Shown here piece by piece: positions 1 to 11,674 of a DNA stretch of 64,000 nt. The position numbers were made by a program, and so were the translations under genes. Source of the stretch: Eledone cirrhosa (lineage: Eukaryota); NCBI GenBank assembly GCA_964016885.1, contig OZ024744.1, positions 92,380,001 through 92,444,000 of the forward strand. The letters run 5' to 3'. The stretch's first letter is position 1. Each line of letters starts with the position of its first letter. A model generated the notes under the pieces. The model did not search any database. It saw only the letters and a program-made list of their open reading frames with translations, and was not told the DNA's origin.

Positions 1-140
1 CATAGAGTTACGGCCCTTGCCATTCTGAGTTCAAATCCCGCCGAGGTTAACTTTGCCTTTCATCCTTACGGGGTCGATAAAATAAAGTACCAGTAATGCA
101 CTGGGTATTTGCTGGCCTTGTGCCAAAAGTAGAAAAAATT
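1..140 (+). mobile_element. tRNA-derived SINE, family A (5' part outside window)
   Basis: B-box GTTCAAATC, body GTTAACTTTGCCTTTCATCCTTACGGGGTCGATAAAATAAAGTACCAG, tail CCTTGTGCC..GTAGAAA then (ATT)n. About 13 copies occur in the window. Confidence 0.85.
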
Positions 141-149
141 ATTATTATT

Positions 150-935
150 ACTAGTAGCAGTACCCAGCGTTGCCTGGGTAGGTAAAATAATATCTGCTTT
201 GATGAAAAGGTGTTGATCTTAGCGACTGCTTCTCGAAGACTCATCTATGGCCACACACAGGCCATGCGGGGGAGGGTGGTGATGACCTCTATCACTGAGA
301 AACGCGGGTGACTGACGAAGGGGCATGCTGAGGGAGGGAGTTTCGAATTTGAATGAAATCGGTTGAAAAATGTGGGAGCTAGAGCCGAAAAGGCGGAAAT
401 TTGAGCGAAAAGGTGGTATTTTCGAATATTTAAGCAGCTGTCACGCCGTTCCTGAACAAAAAATCCAAAATATAGAGCCATTTTAAGACGCGAAATAATC
501 AGATCTAGCGTAGTGTAAAATTTGAACAAAGTAGGTTGATTAATGTGGGAGCTCGAGCCGAAAAGGTGAAAAATTGAGTCTAAAAGTGGTACTTTTGAAT
601 ATTTAAGCGGCTGCCACGCCGTCCCTGAACAACAAATGCAAAATATAAAGCCATTACAGGAAGTGCAATGATGAATTCTATTTTGCTTTAAAATTTGAAC
701 GAAATCGGTGGCAAAATATTTTTCGATACCTAAAAAAAGGCCCCCCCCCCCCCTTATCGATTTTTATCTGCAGAATGACCCCGGAATAAAAAAAACGATA
801 CGCTGATATATAGCAAACACTCCCCGATGACTAATCTATGAGCCTGTAAAGTTTCATGAAAATCGGTCGTAAGATGTAGGCCCCTAGAGGTAATACACAC
901 ACCACACACACACATACTTAATTTTATATATATAC
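150..935 (+). mobile_element. non-autonomous Helitron-like element with two internal ~185-bp tandem units
   Basis: Starts ACTAG...CCCAGCGTTGCCTGGG (short hairpin). Duplicated unit at ~350-530 and ~535-715. Ends AAGTTTCATGAAAATCGG...(CA)n...TTTTATATATAT. The class is inferred from architecture only. Confidence 0.45.
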
Positions 936-944
936 AGATTATTC

Positions 945-1295
945 GGTAGCACTGCCAGGCCAGGGATTTCTGGAAATTGTCCATAGCCCCCGCCCGAAAG
1001 TTTTTCCGAAGAGATTGGCTAGTTGATTTTCGTCGACGCTTAGAGTTTCCCCAAGTACGTCGTCGCTCTTCCCCTCCACTAATCCTCTATAGAACGCCAA
1101 GGTGGAGTTTCCACCGATTACATTACCCGACTGGTCGAGGGTCGTGAGCGCCTGAAGACATTCCCGCTTGGAGACTGGATGTCTTTAGGCGCTCACGGTC
1201 CTCGACCAGTCGGGTAATGTGATCGGTGGAAACTCCCCCTTGGCGTTCTATAGAGGATTAGTGGAGGGGAAGAGCGACGACGTACTTGGGGAAAC
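945..1295. repeat. inverted Tx1 ORF2 3' segment forming a fold-back
   Basis: 945-1165 is the reverse complement of Tx1 sequence equivalent to ~3000-3210. 1177-1295 is the same sequence on +, giving ~120-bp imperfect inverted arms. Confidence 0.8.
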
Positions 1296-3989
1296 GCAAA
1301 ACACGAAGGCTGCGTTGTCAGAGCTAGAGCGCGTGCTCTGGAACACGAGGGGACAAAAGCCGTCCAATGGGCCCGGGTGGCAGAGGCGCGACGTGGGAAC
1401 AAAGCCACATTTCGGTCTTTATCTCACCAAAGCGGGCGCGTGCTGCTCGAACCCGAGCAGATGTCTGAAGCTTTGCAGCAGCATTTTGCTGAACTGTTCT
1501 GGAGAAGCGGCGGGCCGGATCGGGGTATGGACTTCAGTGCATATCTCGACGGACTGCCTCGGCTCTCGACGACCGCAGCACAGTGTTGCGAAAAGCCAAT
1601 AACAGCCCGTGAAATACGGCTAACTGCATGAGGGGTAAATTGCCAGGTGTGGATAGTCTGCCCTACGAGCTTCATGCATTTATGCCAGACTTGTTCGGTG
1701 ACCTCTTGGCAGACATCTACTGCAACTGGAAGCAGAACGGGAGCATTCCCAGTTTTGTGAGCCGGGGAGCGGTGGCGCTGCTGAGAAAAGACCCGAACAA
1801 GGGGGATGTTTTCGATAACTTCATGCCCATAACCCTGCTAAACGCAGAGTTCAAGATTTTGGCCAAGGTGTTAGCAACGAGATTGGCACTTGTCGTCAAG
1901 GGTCTAGTGGGAGAGGCGCAGACATGCGCCATTGCGGACAGATCCATACACGACAACCTCCACCTCATGCGATACATCATAGAGAGGGTGGTTAAGGAAC
2001 CTGGCACGGGTGGAGCCCTGATCAACTTGGATCAATCCAAAGCATTCGAAAGGGTCGACCATCGGTACCTGGCGGTGGTCCTCGAGGCAGCCGGTTTTGG
2101 GCCCGTTTTCAGGGGTTGGATCACTGCGATGTACAGCGACATCTGCTCAGTTGTGAGGGTGAACGGTCACCTGTCGCAGCCGTTAAGTATCATGCGCTCG
2201 GTCCGCCAGGGTTGTCTCCTCTCGTCCCCCTTGCATGTATTGGCTCTCGAGCTGTTACTGCACAAACTGGGGGGGGGGGGGGCGATGAGGGGCGTCCCAC
2301 GCGAACTAGGATGCGGGAAATCCAAGTCGGTTTACGCCGACGACGTCACCATGGTGGTGTCGAGCACCAGACACGCCCAGATGCTCGGCACCGCTCTCAA
2401 GGAATACGAAGCGGTGACAGGAGCAAAGATAAACCAGGAAAAGTCGGTGGGCTTGCAGCTCGGCACCTGGAGAGGCAAGTCCATGCCGTCCCGACAGCGT
2501 CGTGGGGCGTTGGACGGACGGACCGGTTAAATTGCTCGGGGATCTGGTTCGGACCGGACCTCCAGATGGAGAAAAACTGGAGCGAAGTAGCCTCCCTCAC
2601 CCCCCAAAAATCGGCCGAGAGGAGACTGTCCCTGAAAGGCCGGGCAGTGGTGGCGAATGCGTACATCGCATCCGTCATCTGCTACCACCTCACTGTCGTC
2701 CCTTGCCTCGGCCCAACTCTCACCAAAATGGAGCGCCTCCTCTTCCGCTTTTTGTGGAAGGGACGCGCTCCCATGGTCAGACGATCCATCTGCTGTCAAC
2801 ACCCGTTGTGTAGAGGACTGGGCATACTATGGCTGATGATGCGCAAACATGCGCTGAGGCTGCGACATCTCTGGTGCTTCCTTGGCGGTGAACAGGTGTA
2901 GTTGCCGTTCGCCAGGCACGTTTTTCCACAGTTCGTCTCCTTGACGGAGCTGCAGACCTGGGTTAGGAAAAACCGAGGGATAGCGCTTGGAAACTGGAAT
3001 TCTCCAGGCGCTCACAACCCTCTGCCAGCTGGGCACCAGTATCGGTGGAACATCCACCTCGGCGTTCTATAGAGGACTAGTGGAGGGGAAGAGCGACGAC
3101 GTTCTCGGAGAAATTCTGGGCGTCGAAGATCAGCTGTTTGCTCTTTTCCGGAGAACTTTCAGCCCAGGGCCTCTGGATAACTTCCAAAAATCCCTGGCCT
3201 GGCAGTGCTACCGAGGAGCGTTGCCGGTTTGAGATAAGCTCTACAGGCACAGAAGCGCCGTCAGACGAGCCTGTCCGAGATGCGCGTAGAGCGACAAAAC
3301 CGTCGTGTACGCACTCGTTCAGTGTCCGAGCATTGCTGACTTGTGGAGCTATGTCGAACAGTTGCTGTCGCGTGTAGGACTGATCCGGTTATCGACTGAG
3401 TCCATTGTGCAGATGGTCTCGTCGTCTTCCTTCGAGGAGGAAGTGCAGGCGGTTTTCATCTGCCTGGTGGCCATGGCGAAAGAGATTGTGTGGTGGACAA
3501 GGTTGAAAGGGTTAAAGACAGACACTTTCCTCTTCGGCGAATCCCTAATTAACTTTTTCAAGTTTAACTTAAAGAGGAAAATCAGAGTGGAGAGGCAAGT
3601 GCTGCCTTCTAGTAAGTTTGTTGAAAGGTGGGTGAATGTAGCGAGAATGGTCCTAGTGAACGGGACCGCTCTGAATATACGTCTGTAGTTTGAGAAATGG
3701 AAAAATTGACAGAGGGCGCTTGCCCTGGTGGTCAGGGTAGCCGTGGTCGTTTTTGTGGTTTTCGCCACGAGTAACCCTCGGAGGTTTCCCCCCTATTGGG
3801 GAATTTTTCTTTGTTTCAATTTTCATTTTTATTGTTTATATATATATATGTTTCTATGTCTTTTTTTCCTTTCTTATATACATAATAAAAATCTTTACAC
3901 GCACAAAACCCACATCGTACCGTCCTGTACCGTCCTGTGCCATCTGTAATGTTTTTTTTTTATGTCAGCCCTTGTGGCCAATAAAGAAA

Positions 3990-3992
<3 letters not shown>
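1296..3992 (+). mobile_element. Tx1-type (L1-clade) non-LTR retrotransposon, 5'-truncated, degenerate ORF2 plus 3' UTR
   Basis: RT motifs PITLLNAEFKILAK, LDQSKAF, VRQGC, YADD in ORF 1628-2530. C-terminal CxxC...HALVQC region at ~3270-3688. AATAAA at ~3980 followed by (ATT)n. Confidence 0.9.
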
Positions 3993-4021
<29 letters not shown>

Positions 4022-4028
4022 GTTATTA

Positions 4029-4343
4029 CTCTTTGAGTCTCAGTCATTGATGTTAGTTAACTGGAAAGTTTGTTGAAATGAATATCAAGCCACTACCTGC
4101 AGCCTCAGATATTCAGGACGTATCGGAGGGTTCTTGCTGTTCCTAGCAAGCATGCCTTTTGAAGCGTTCCAAAAAGCGTGAAGGGGCCAATTTTCTTTAA
4201 CCATCCCTGGAAACTTTTTGAGATAGTCCCTAGTGCGCCTATGACAATCGGGATTACTTTGACTTCATGGCAGTTCCAAATCCTTTTTACCTCCCACTTT
4301 AAGTTCTGGTATCGGTTAATTTTCTCCTTCTCCTTCTCTTGCA
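4029..4343 (-). mobile_element. R4/Dong-clade (RLE-type) non-LTR retrotransposon, 3' fragment
   Basis: KINRYQNLKWEVKRIW...VIPIVIGALG...LQKACLLGTARTLRYVL C-terminus. The 3' UTR runs into (TAA)n. Confidence 0.85.
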
Positions 4344-4354
4344 CTTATTATTAT

Positions 4355-5350
4355 TCTTTGAGTCTCAGTCATTGATGTTATTTAACTGGAAAGTTTGTTG
4401 AAATGAATATCAAGCCGCTACCTGCAGCCTCAGATATTCAGGACGTATCGGAGGGTTCTTGCTGTTCCCAGCAAGCATGCCTTTTGAAGTGTTCCAAAAA
4501 GCGGGGCTGGACTAATTTTCTTTAACCATCCTTGGAAACTCTTTGAGATAGTACCTAGTGCGCCTATGACAATCGGGACGACTCTGACTTCATGGCATTT
4601 CCAAATCCTTTTTACCCCCCCCCCCCCGCCCCACACTTTAAGTCCTGGTATCGGTTAATTTTCTCCCTCTACTTTTCTTGCACTATCGTGTCAAATGGGC
4701 AGGCCACATCCACAATCAGGCATGATCTTTTTTCCTTGTCCAAAACCACCAGGTCAGGCCTATTGTGTTCCAGTTTCTTGTCCGTCTGTATCATAAAATC
4801 CCATAGCACCTTCACCTGATCGTTTTCTATCACCGACTCTGGCTTATACTCATACCACTTCTCAGAATGCGGTAAATTATTTACTTTGAATAGGTGCCAG
4901 TGGATCACCCTGTCCATCACATCATGTCTCCAGCCTTTATAGTGAGTCTGGGCTAGGTGTTTACACTCGGATACAATGTGAGCCACAGTCTCCTCTCTTT
5001 CTCCACAGATCCTACACAGCGGGCTAGCCTCCTCCTTGTAAATATGATGTTTCACCCACTTCGTTCTGAGGGCCTGCTCTTGCGCAGCCATTAGCATTCC
5101 TTCTGTAGCCTTTTTAAGGTCTCCTTTTTTTAACCAGTTCCATGTCTCTAGATCTCTGAATTCAGTTTTCTCAAAGAAGGTATTATGAAGAGATTTTCAT
5201 GAAGGCTGCTCTTCCCCCTTGCTGTTATTTGCTCCCTGGACATCCCCTGGTCTATTGTCTTTCCTTCAGTACAATTCTGAGCATTGGCTCCCTACTGTCA
5301 GTCACGTATTTGTGCAGGTTGTTTTTCTCCATCTGAACACAGTCCTCTAT
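4355..5350 (-). mobile_element. R4/Dong-clade retrotransposon fragment with CCHC finger and restriction-like endonuclease
   Basis: AAQEQAL, CRICGEREETVAHIVSEC, RHD, RPDLVVLDK...IVDVACPFD motifs. Same 3' UTR as the 4029-4343 copy, ending in TAATAATAA. Confidence 0.9.
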
Positions 5351-5657
5351 GTTGAATATCAAGCCACTACTTGCAGCCTCAGATATTAAGGACGTATCGG
5401 AGGGTTCTTGCAGTTCCCAGCAAGCATGCCTTTTGAAGTGTTCATGGCAGTTCCAAATCCTTTTTACCTCCCACTTTAAGTCCTGGTATCGGTTAATTTT
5501 CTCCCTCTCCTTCTCTTGCACTCTCGTGTCGAATGGGCAGGCCACATCCACAATCAGACACGATCTTTTTTCCTTGTCCAAAACTACCAGGTCAGGTCTA
5601 TTGTGTTCCAGTTTCTTGTCCGTCTGTATCCTAAAATCCCACAGCACCTTCACCTGA
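5351..5657 (-). mobile_element. third R4/Dong fragment (internally deleted)
   Basis: KVLWDFRIQTDKKLEHNRPDLVVLDKEKRSCLIVDVACPFD, near-identical to the previous copy. Confidence 0.85.
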
Positions 5658-5674
5658 TTATTATTCAGATTATT

Positions 5675-6046
5675 TGAAAAGGAAAATCAAGGTAGAGAGG
5701 GAAGTGCTCTCTTCCCAGCATTTTGTTGAAAGATGGGTGAGAGAGGCAAGAATGGCCCGAGTGAATGGGCCTACTCTGAGTATGTGTCTGTAAATTAAAG
5801 GTGGAAAACTGGGAGAGGGCACATGCCTTGGTGGTCAGGATCACTGTGGCTTTTTAATGTGCTTTCTCCACGAATGTCCCTCGGAAGTCTCCCCCCTATT
5901 GGGGAATTTTTTCATTGTTCTATTATTACATCCTCTGTTTCTTGTTTTTTTTTACACGCAGAAATGCCCTTTTGTACCGTCCTGTATTGTCCTGTACTGT
6001 CCTTAATGTCTACTTTGTGTAAACCCTTGTGGTTAATAAAGAAAGC
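5675..6046 (+). mobile_element. Tx1 3'-terminal fragment with 15-bp target-site duplication
   Basis: Homologous to ~3570-3990 (KRKIKVERE...FVERWV, 3' UTR CCCCCTATTGGGGAATTTTT, AATAAA). ATTATTCAGATTATT lies at 5660-5674 and 6047-6061. Confidence 0.85.
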
Positions 6047-6055
6047 ATTATTCAG

Positions 6056-6091
<36 letters not shown>

Positions 6092-9000
6092 GAATCTGAA
6101 CGGACGTCTTTTTGCTCGCTCCCGTAAGTTCACTTATTTACTTATCAAAACTGATTTATTGAATTTGTTGTTGTTGTGTAAGGCATACAAGCCCTTGGAC
6201 TTTGCCCTGTGAAGGGGAAAGAATAATATTTGGGCCTTTTGGCCCAAATATTTGAACTTTTTTACATTTTAAAAAATAATCGAGAAAAAAACAACAACAA
6301 AAAAACATGGCTGAGCCACGGCCCCCAGCGATATGTCTGCTGTCGTGCAACAACGACGTAGAAGTTGAGAGGAGCAATACAGCAAATTTAACACAAATTG
6401 ATAACACAAACACCACTACAAACAATGTAAACAAAGACACCAATGATACCAATGAGAATTCTAATTTTGAAAAAAAATGACAGTAACAGCGACAACGAAA
6501 ATACAGATAACAAAACAAAAAAGACAAATGCAACAACAATATCTACACCACTAACATGAAAACAAATAGCGACAACACCAACAGCAACAATACCAACTGC
6601 ACCGAGAACAACGGTGGCGCCAAAGACAACAATGATAACAGCGACAGTAATAACAACACCACCAACAAGAACAACGACAACAACAACACCCCCAACGACA
6701 ACAAGAAGAACACTTTCGCTGCGGCAGCAGCAAAAAAGAGGCCATGCTTCAACATGGACCTCTCAAACAAAGATGAAACGTTGGCCCAATCATGGAAGCT
6801 CATCAAGCAAGAGCAAACCTGGGCCAACTTAACTGTCCCGGTAGAAGCTATTGAGGCAGTGGAGCGCAGAACGGTGCATTATAGATGCATCTCAGCACAA
6901 ACCTAAAGGGCAGCTTAAATCCCACAAGAAGATGTCGAAGTCGCGCTGAGGTGCATCAGAGAAGACACCCAGTACATAGAGAGGGGCAGACAGTACGGCA
7001 CCATTTCGGTGTTGTTCAATTCAGAAGCCCTCGCTATGAAACACACTATGACTCCTTACAAAACCAGCAAGGTCATAATGTATCCCCTCCCACATGGGAA
7101 AAAGAACGGCCCGTCTCCGCATTCCCAGAATCCCACCAGGACTTGATATGTGGTGGCTTCTGGGATGTGTGATTGTGGAGGGGACGGATACCGTCCCTAT
7201 AGAAGTGACCAGAACGGCCAGAGAGAACTGGTCCGGGGTTGACCTAGAGATCCTTCTCCAGATCAGGCCCGAGAATGTGAAGACAATCCCGGACCACATC
7301 CGCCTTCAGAATGGGACGGTCATTCATATTATGACCGAGGGCAAAAGGGCGCATTGTTATGTTTGTGGGGAAAAAACCCATTTGCGAGCCTTCTGCCCTC
7401 AACTGCTGAAAGATGCAAGGGGTCGAAAGGCTCCACTACTGCCGACGCCGGGGAGAGGACCACAACCAACACCAGCACCGGCAAAACCACCAACAACAAC
7501 ACCAATAGAAAGACCACCACCAACATTGACCACCCAGGGGGGAACCGAGGAAAGTTGTCACCCCCCCCCCCCCAAAAAAAAAAAATACACACACCAATAA
7601 AATCATAAACACACACACAGACACACTTACAGACACAGACCCCTCATCTACCAGTAGTGAAGATGAAGGAAAACCAAAATCCCCCAAAATACAAAAAAGG
7701 AAACACAAAAAGAAAAAGAAAGCTCAACAAAGCACAAAATCACCCACAATAAAAAATGCAGACACCACCCACGCAAACATCTCTCCAATAACACCAACAT
7801 TAACACCACCATCACCATCACCAGAATCCCCCAAACGCAAACAACCTAAACAGACGCAAGAACAAATACACACACAAACATCTGAAACCACAGACACCGC
7901 ACTCACAGCAAACACAGACACAACTGAAACAACACCACCAAAACCATCACCACCACAACCACGCAAACAAATAAAATCACACCAACAAAACATACAAAAC
8001 TTCGTGCTCGTCATGAGGGCCAACAAGGAACTGATGGCCCTCGTAGCACGAAGTGGAAATATACAAAAAGAGGGGGAAATTTTAAATCGAGCACATTTCG
8101 CGTGCCGGAAGATTTAGTTCTGGTGCGAATGTCGCTCGATTTATACAAAGAAATACGAGACAGCTTTCCTCGGGACGTGGGAACCCCGAACGTAAAACCC
8201 ACTTCAAGACTTTTAAAGGGGTTCCCAAAAGAAACCCCACCAACTATGGAGGTCGAACCACCCGACCTTCACAAGAGCCCGGGAGGTAAGTAAATCTTTC
8301 CTCTCTCTCTCTTTTTAACCTGCCAACATGGCCGTATTAAGAGTAGGAAGTTTAAATGTTCGAGGCCTGGGATCGTCCTGGAAGCAGGGTCCACTGCTCA
8401 ACGACCTCGGGTCTATAGAAATGGATGTAATTGCCGTCAGCGAGACCAGGATTTCCGACACGCGCGCACTAGCCCCCATTTTCGACGACTATCAGATCTT
8501 TGCATATGTTAGCCGGCCGGGAATGGGAGGCGGGGTGGAAGTGCTGTTTAGGAAAGGCCTGGATCTCGAGTAAGGTCGATCTTCCGGGACCCCGATGGGA
8601 AGTTGGTGGTCCTGGACGTGAACAATAACGAAGGTGGTGCGTTTAGACTGGTGGCCGTCTATGGCCCTACTGGGGCAGGACGGCCGGACTTCTTTAGACG
8701 CCTGGAAGCCTTTCTGGGTACGTCTCGCCCTTTACTATTAGCGGGGGACTGGAACGGCATCTTAGACGCACGCTGGGACTGTGTGGGAGTATCCGATAGG
8801 AGCGGGGGGTGCAAAAGCCTCCAGAACCTGATCAGCCAGTTCCAACTGTCTGACAGGTACCGACTAGATTTCCCTAATGCGCCAGTGTGGACCTGGACTA
8901 ACCGCATAAGGTCATCTAGATCAAAGGTTCTCAACAGGGGGGCATATGCACCCCCCGGGGGCGTTTGGGAGCAAGGTCGCGTTAGGGGGGCGTTTGGAGC

Positions 9001-10745
9001 TGGGGGAAGGGGTTATGGGGGCGCTGGGGTTTTCCATTTTTAGGATCTCAATTACCTGTTAACGTCTCAATTACCGGACATGCCTGCACACCTGCTCACA
9101 GCTGCGGTTTGAATGAGATTGCAGACAGCATAACTATAGTCTGACCGCAGCTGTGAGCAGGTGTGCAGGCGTGTCCGGTAATTGAGACGTTAACCGGTAA
9201 TTGAGATCTTAAAAGTGGAAAAACCCACAGCCAACTGAGTCAAAGACACTTTGAGCGCAGACAGTTAGAATCTTATCTTTCCTTCACCGATAACAATGTA
9301 TTTCATGTCTGAAATTATTGACTCAACCGTAACGAGTTAACACTATGTTTTATTCCCTATTGTATAAATAATATTACAAATAAAAAAAAAAAGAAAAGAA
9401 AAAAACAGAAACGAGTAGAACACACATCTAGGACCACATACAACACATAATCAGGTAATACACACATGTTTGGAATATTGTTAATCAATTTTTTAGTAAT
9501 CTACTGATATAAAAATCAGTAGTATATTGAAAAAGTGAAAAAATAGGGTGGCGGGGGGGGGGGGGGGGTCGTGATTTCGAGGGACAAAAGGGTTTGGCCT
9601 AAATGGGTTGAGAACCTGTGATCTAGATCGTATATAGACAGGATATTCATTAGGAAAATAGACAGAAATAGTGTAGGCTGTCCACGTTTTAAAACGGTCG
9701 CCTATTCAGATCACAAGTTTGTGATCTGTACGGTTGACCTAGATAAGACGCGTAGGTTAGGACCTGGTTACTGGAAGCTAAACATGGCATTTCCGGCACG
9801 TAAAGCTTACAGGGACCAGGTCAACAATTTAGTTAAGAAAAAGTTGACAGGGGGGATCATCAACAATAGATGGTGGGGGGCTCTCAAAAGAGAGATTAGA
9901 GTAACTTCGATAGAGTTCAGCAAAGAACTAGCGTCAGAGAAAAATAGAAAGGAGGGGGAGCTGGTAGATAAGTTAGACGAGGCTATTTGTAGTGGTATTG
10001 CAACTGACGTGCTAGCGGCGAGAATGGCATTAGACCATTTCTTCAATGCGAAACACGAAGGTTGCATTGTCAGAGCTAAGGCGCGTGCTCTGAGAACCAA
10101 AGGAAACCAAAGCTGTTCGATGGGCCCGCGTTGCAGAGGCGCAGCGTGGTAATAAAACCACGATTCGGTCTTTGACAGACCGAGACGGACACGAGCTGAG
10201 CGATTCCAAGCAGATGTGTGAGGCCTTTCGCCAACATTTTGCTCGGTTTTTCGAGGGAAGTGGCGGGTCAGAGACGGTGGCAGACTTCAGGCTTGCCGCA
10301 ACTCTCGACGGCTGACGCTGGGCGCTGCGAAAGGCCAATTACTTCAGCCGAGATTCAGGATGCCCTTGTCGGCTGCATGAGGCGCAAGTCACCCGGTTTG
10401 GATGGTCTGCCCTACGAACTTTACGTAAATATGCCAGACTTGTTCTCCGATCTCCTCGAATCCCTCTACTGCAACTGGCAGCAAAACGGGAGTATTCCCA
10501 GTTCTGTGAGCCGGGGCGTAGTGACGCTGATAAGGAAAGACGAGAACAAGAGACAATTTCAGGCCCATAACTCTGCTCAACACAGAGTTTAAGATTTTGG
10601 CCAGGGTGTTAGCGAAGAGGTTGGCGCTTGTCGTCGGGGATTTGGTTGGGGAGGTGCAAACTTGCGCAATCCCAACTAGGTCCATACACGACAACCTCCA
10701 CCTAATGCGATACATCACAGAGAGGGTAGGGTGTAAACCTGGCTT
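6092..10745 (+). mobile_element. Tx1-type LINE with 5' UTR, broken ORF1 and ORF2 (APE plus RT N-half); 3' end missing
   Basis: Begins right after (ATT)n. ORF1 has an Asn-rich region and zinc knuckle CYVCGEKTHLRAFC (7094-7600). ORF2 from 8328: SLNVRGL, AVSET, GDWN, SDHK, GYWKLN, KSPGLDGLP, SIHDNLHLMR. Confidence 0.9.
8922..9620. mobile_element. non-autonomous hAT (Charlie-like) MITE inserted in the Tx1 APE domain
   Basis: TIRs CAAAGGTTCTCAAC / GTTGAGAACCTGTG. 8-bp TSD ATCTAGAT at 8914-8921 and 9621-9628, matching the NTCTAGAN Charlie target. The APE sequence resumes after 9628. Confidence 0.9.
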
Positions 10746-10970
10746 CGAAATATTCCTGGAGTTTTAATATTATTCAAAATAATTGTTTCTACTTTAGGCA
10801 CAAGGCCAGCAATTACCCAGTGCATTACTGGTACTTTATAACTGTACGGTCTTGATATTTCAATATCTGACGCGAGGAAGTACTGGGAAAAAAAACAACG
10901 CAGTACCTTCGAAATATATATAATAAAGCATATATTTTGATTATGTGAATATCTTCATTTGTAAATATTT

Positions 10971-11018
<48 letters not shown>

Positions 11019-11019
<1 letters not shown>

Positions 11020-11160
11020 CGAAGGAAATGTGGTAAGGAACCAGGTGGACCATAACGCACCAAAGTACTCAATACTTGGGGTAGTAGAGTGGGTAATAGG
11101 AACCAGTAAGACCCCGACGGCTTGAGCTCAGCCGTCGGGGTCTTACTGGTTCCTATATAT
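11019..11160. mobile_element. short fold-back element in (TA)n, probably a Penelope-like terminus
   Basis: Hairpin ATAGGAACCAGTAAGACCCCGACGGC...GCCGTCGGGGTCTTACTGGTTCCTAT. Related copies at ~23191, ~23555, ~29880, ~42650 and ~45058, mostly TA-flanked. Confidence 0.55.
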
Positions 11161-11561
11161 ATATGTATATATATATCCAAAATTAAATTAAGGGTGTCAT
11201 GTCTAAGAGACATGCGCCATATCCACTGTAGAATATGCTCAAAGATTCCAATGTAAAGATCCGAGCATTTATATCAACTAGAAATTGATTGACATATATA
11301 TATATATATATAAAATAAACATATGAAACAATCACAGGGAATAATTTGTAAAATGTGTTAGCACACGCAGCTAGGTAAGTAACTTAAACTTTAATTAGTT
11401 ACCTACCCGCTTTTCGGTCGCTGGCTTCAAATTTGCATAGCTGTCTAAACGTAATGTTATAACTCTAAGATAAAATTCCTTATTGAGTGCTTTTGGCTGC
11501 ACTTGCCGACAGTATTCGTTAGCTTGCACGCAATCAGAGCTTCGATTATGCTGTACTACCT

Positions 11562-11674
<113 letters not shown>

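Noticed and set aside
6156-6906. Asn-rich or hydrophobic ORFs as host genes
   Set aside because: They are the low-complexity N-terminus of Tx1 ORF1 and its antisense frames.
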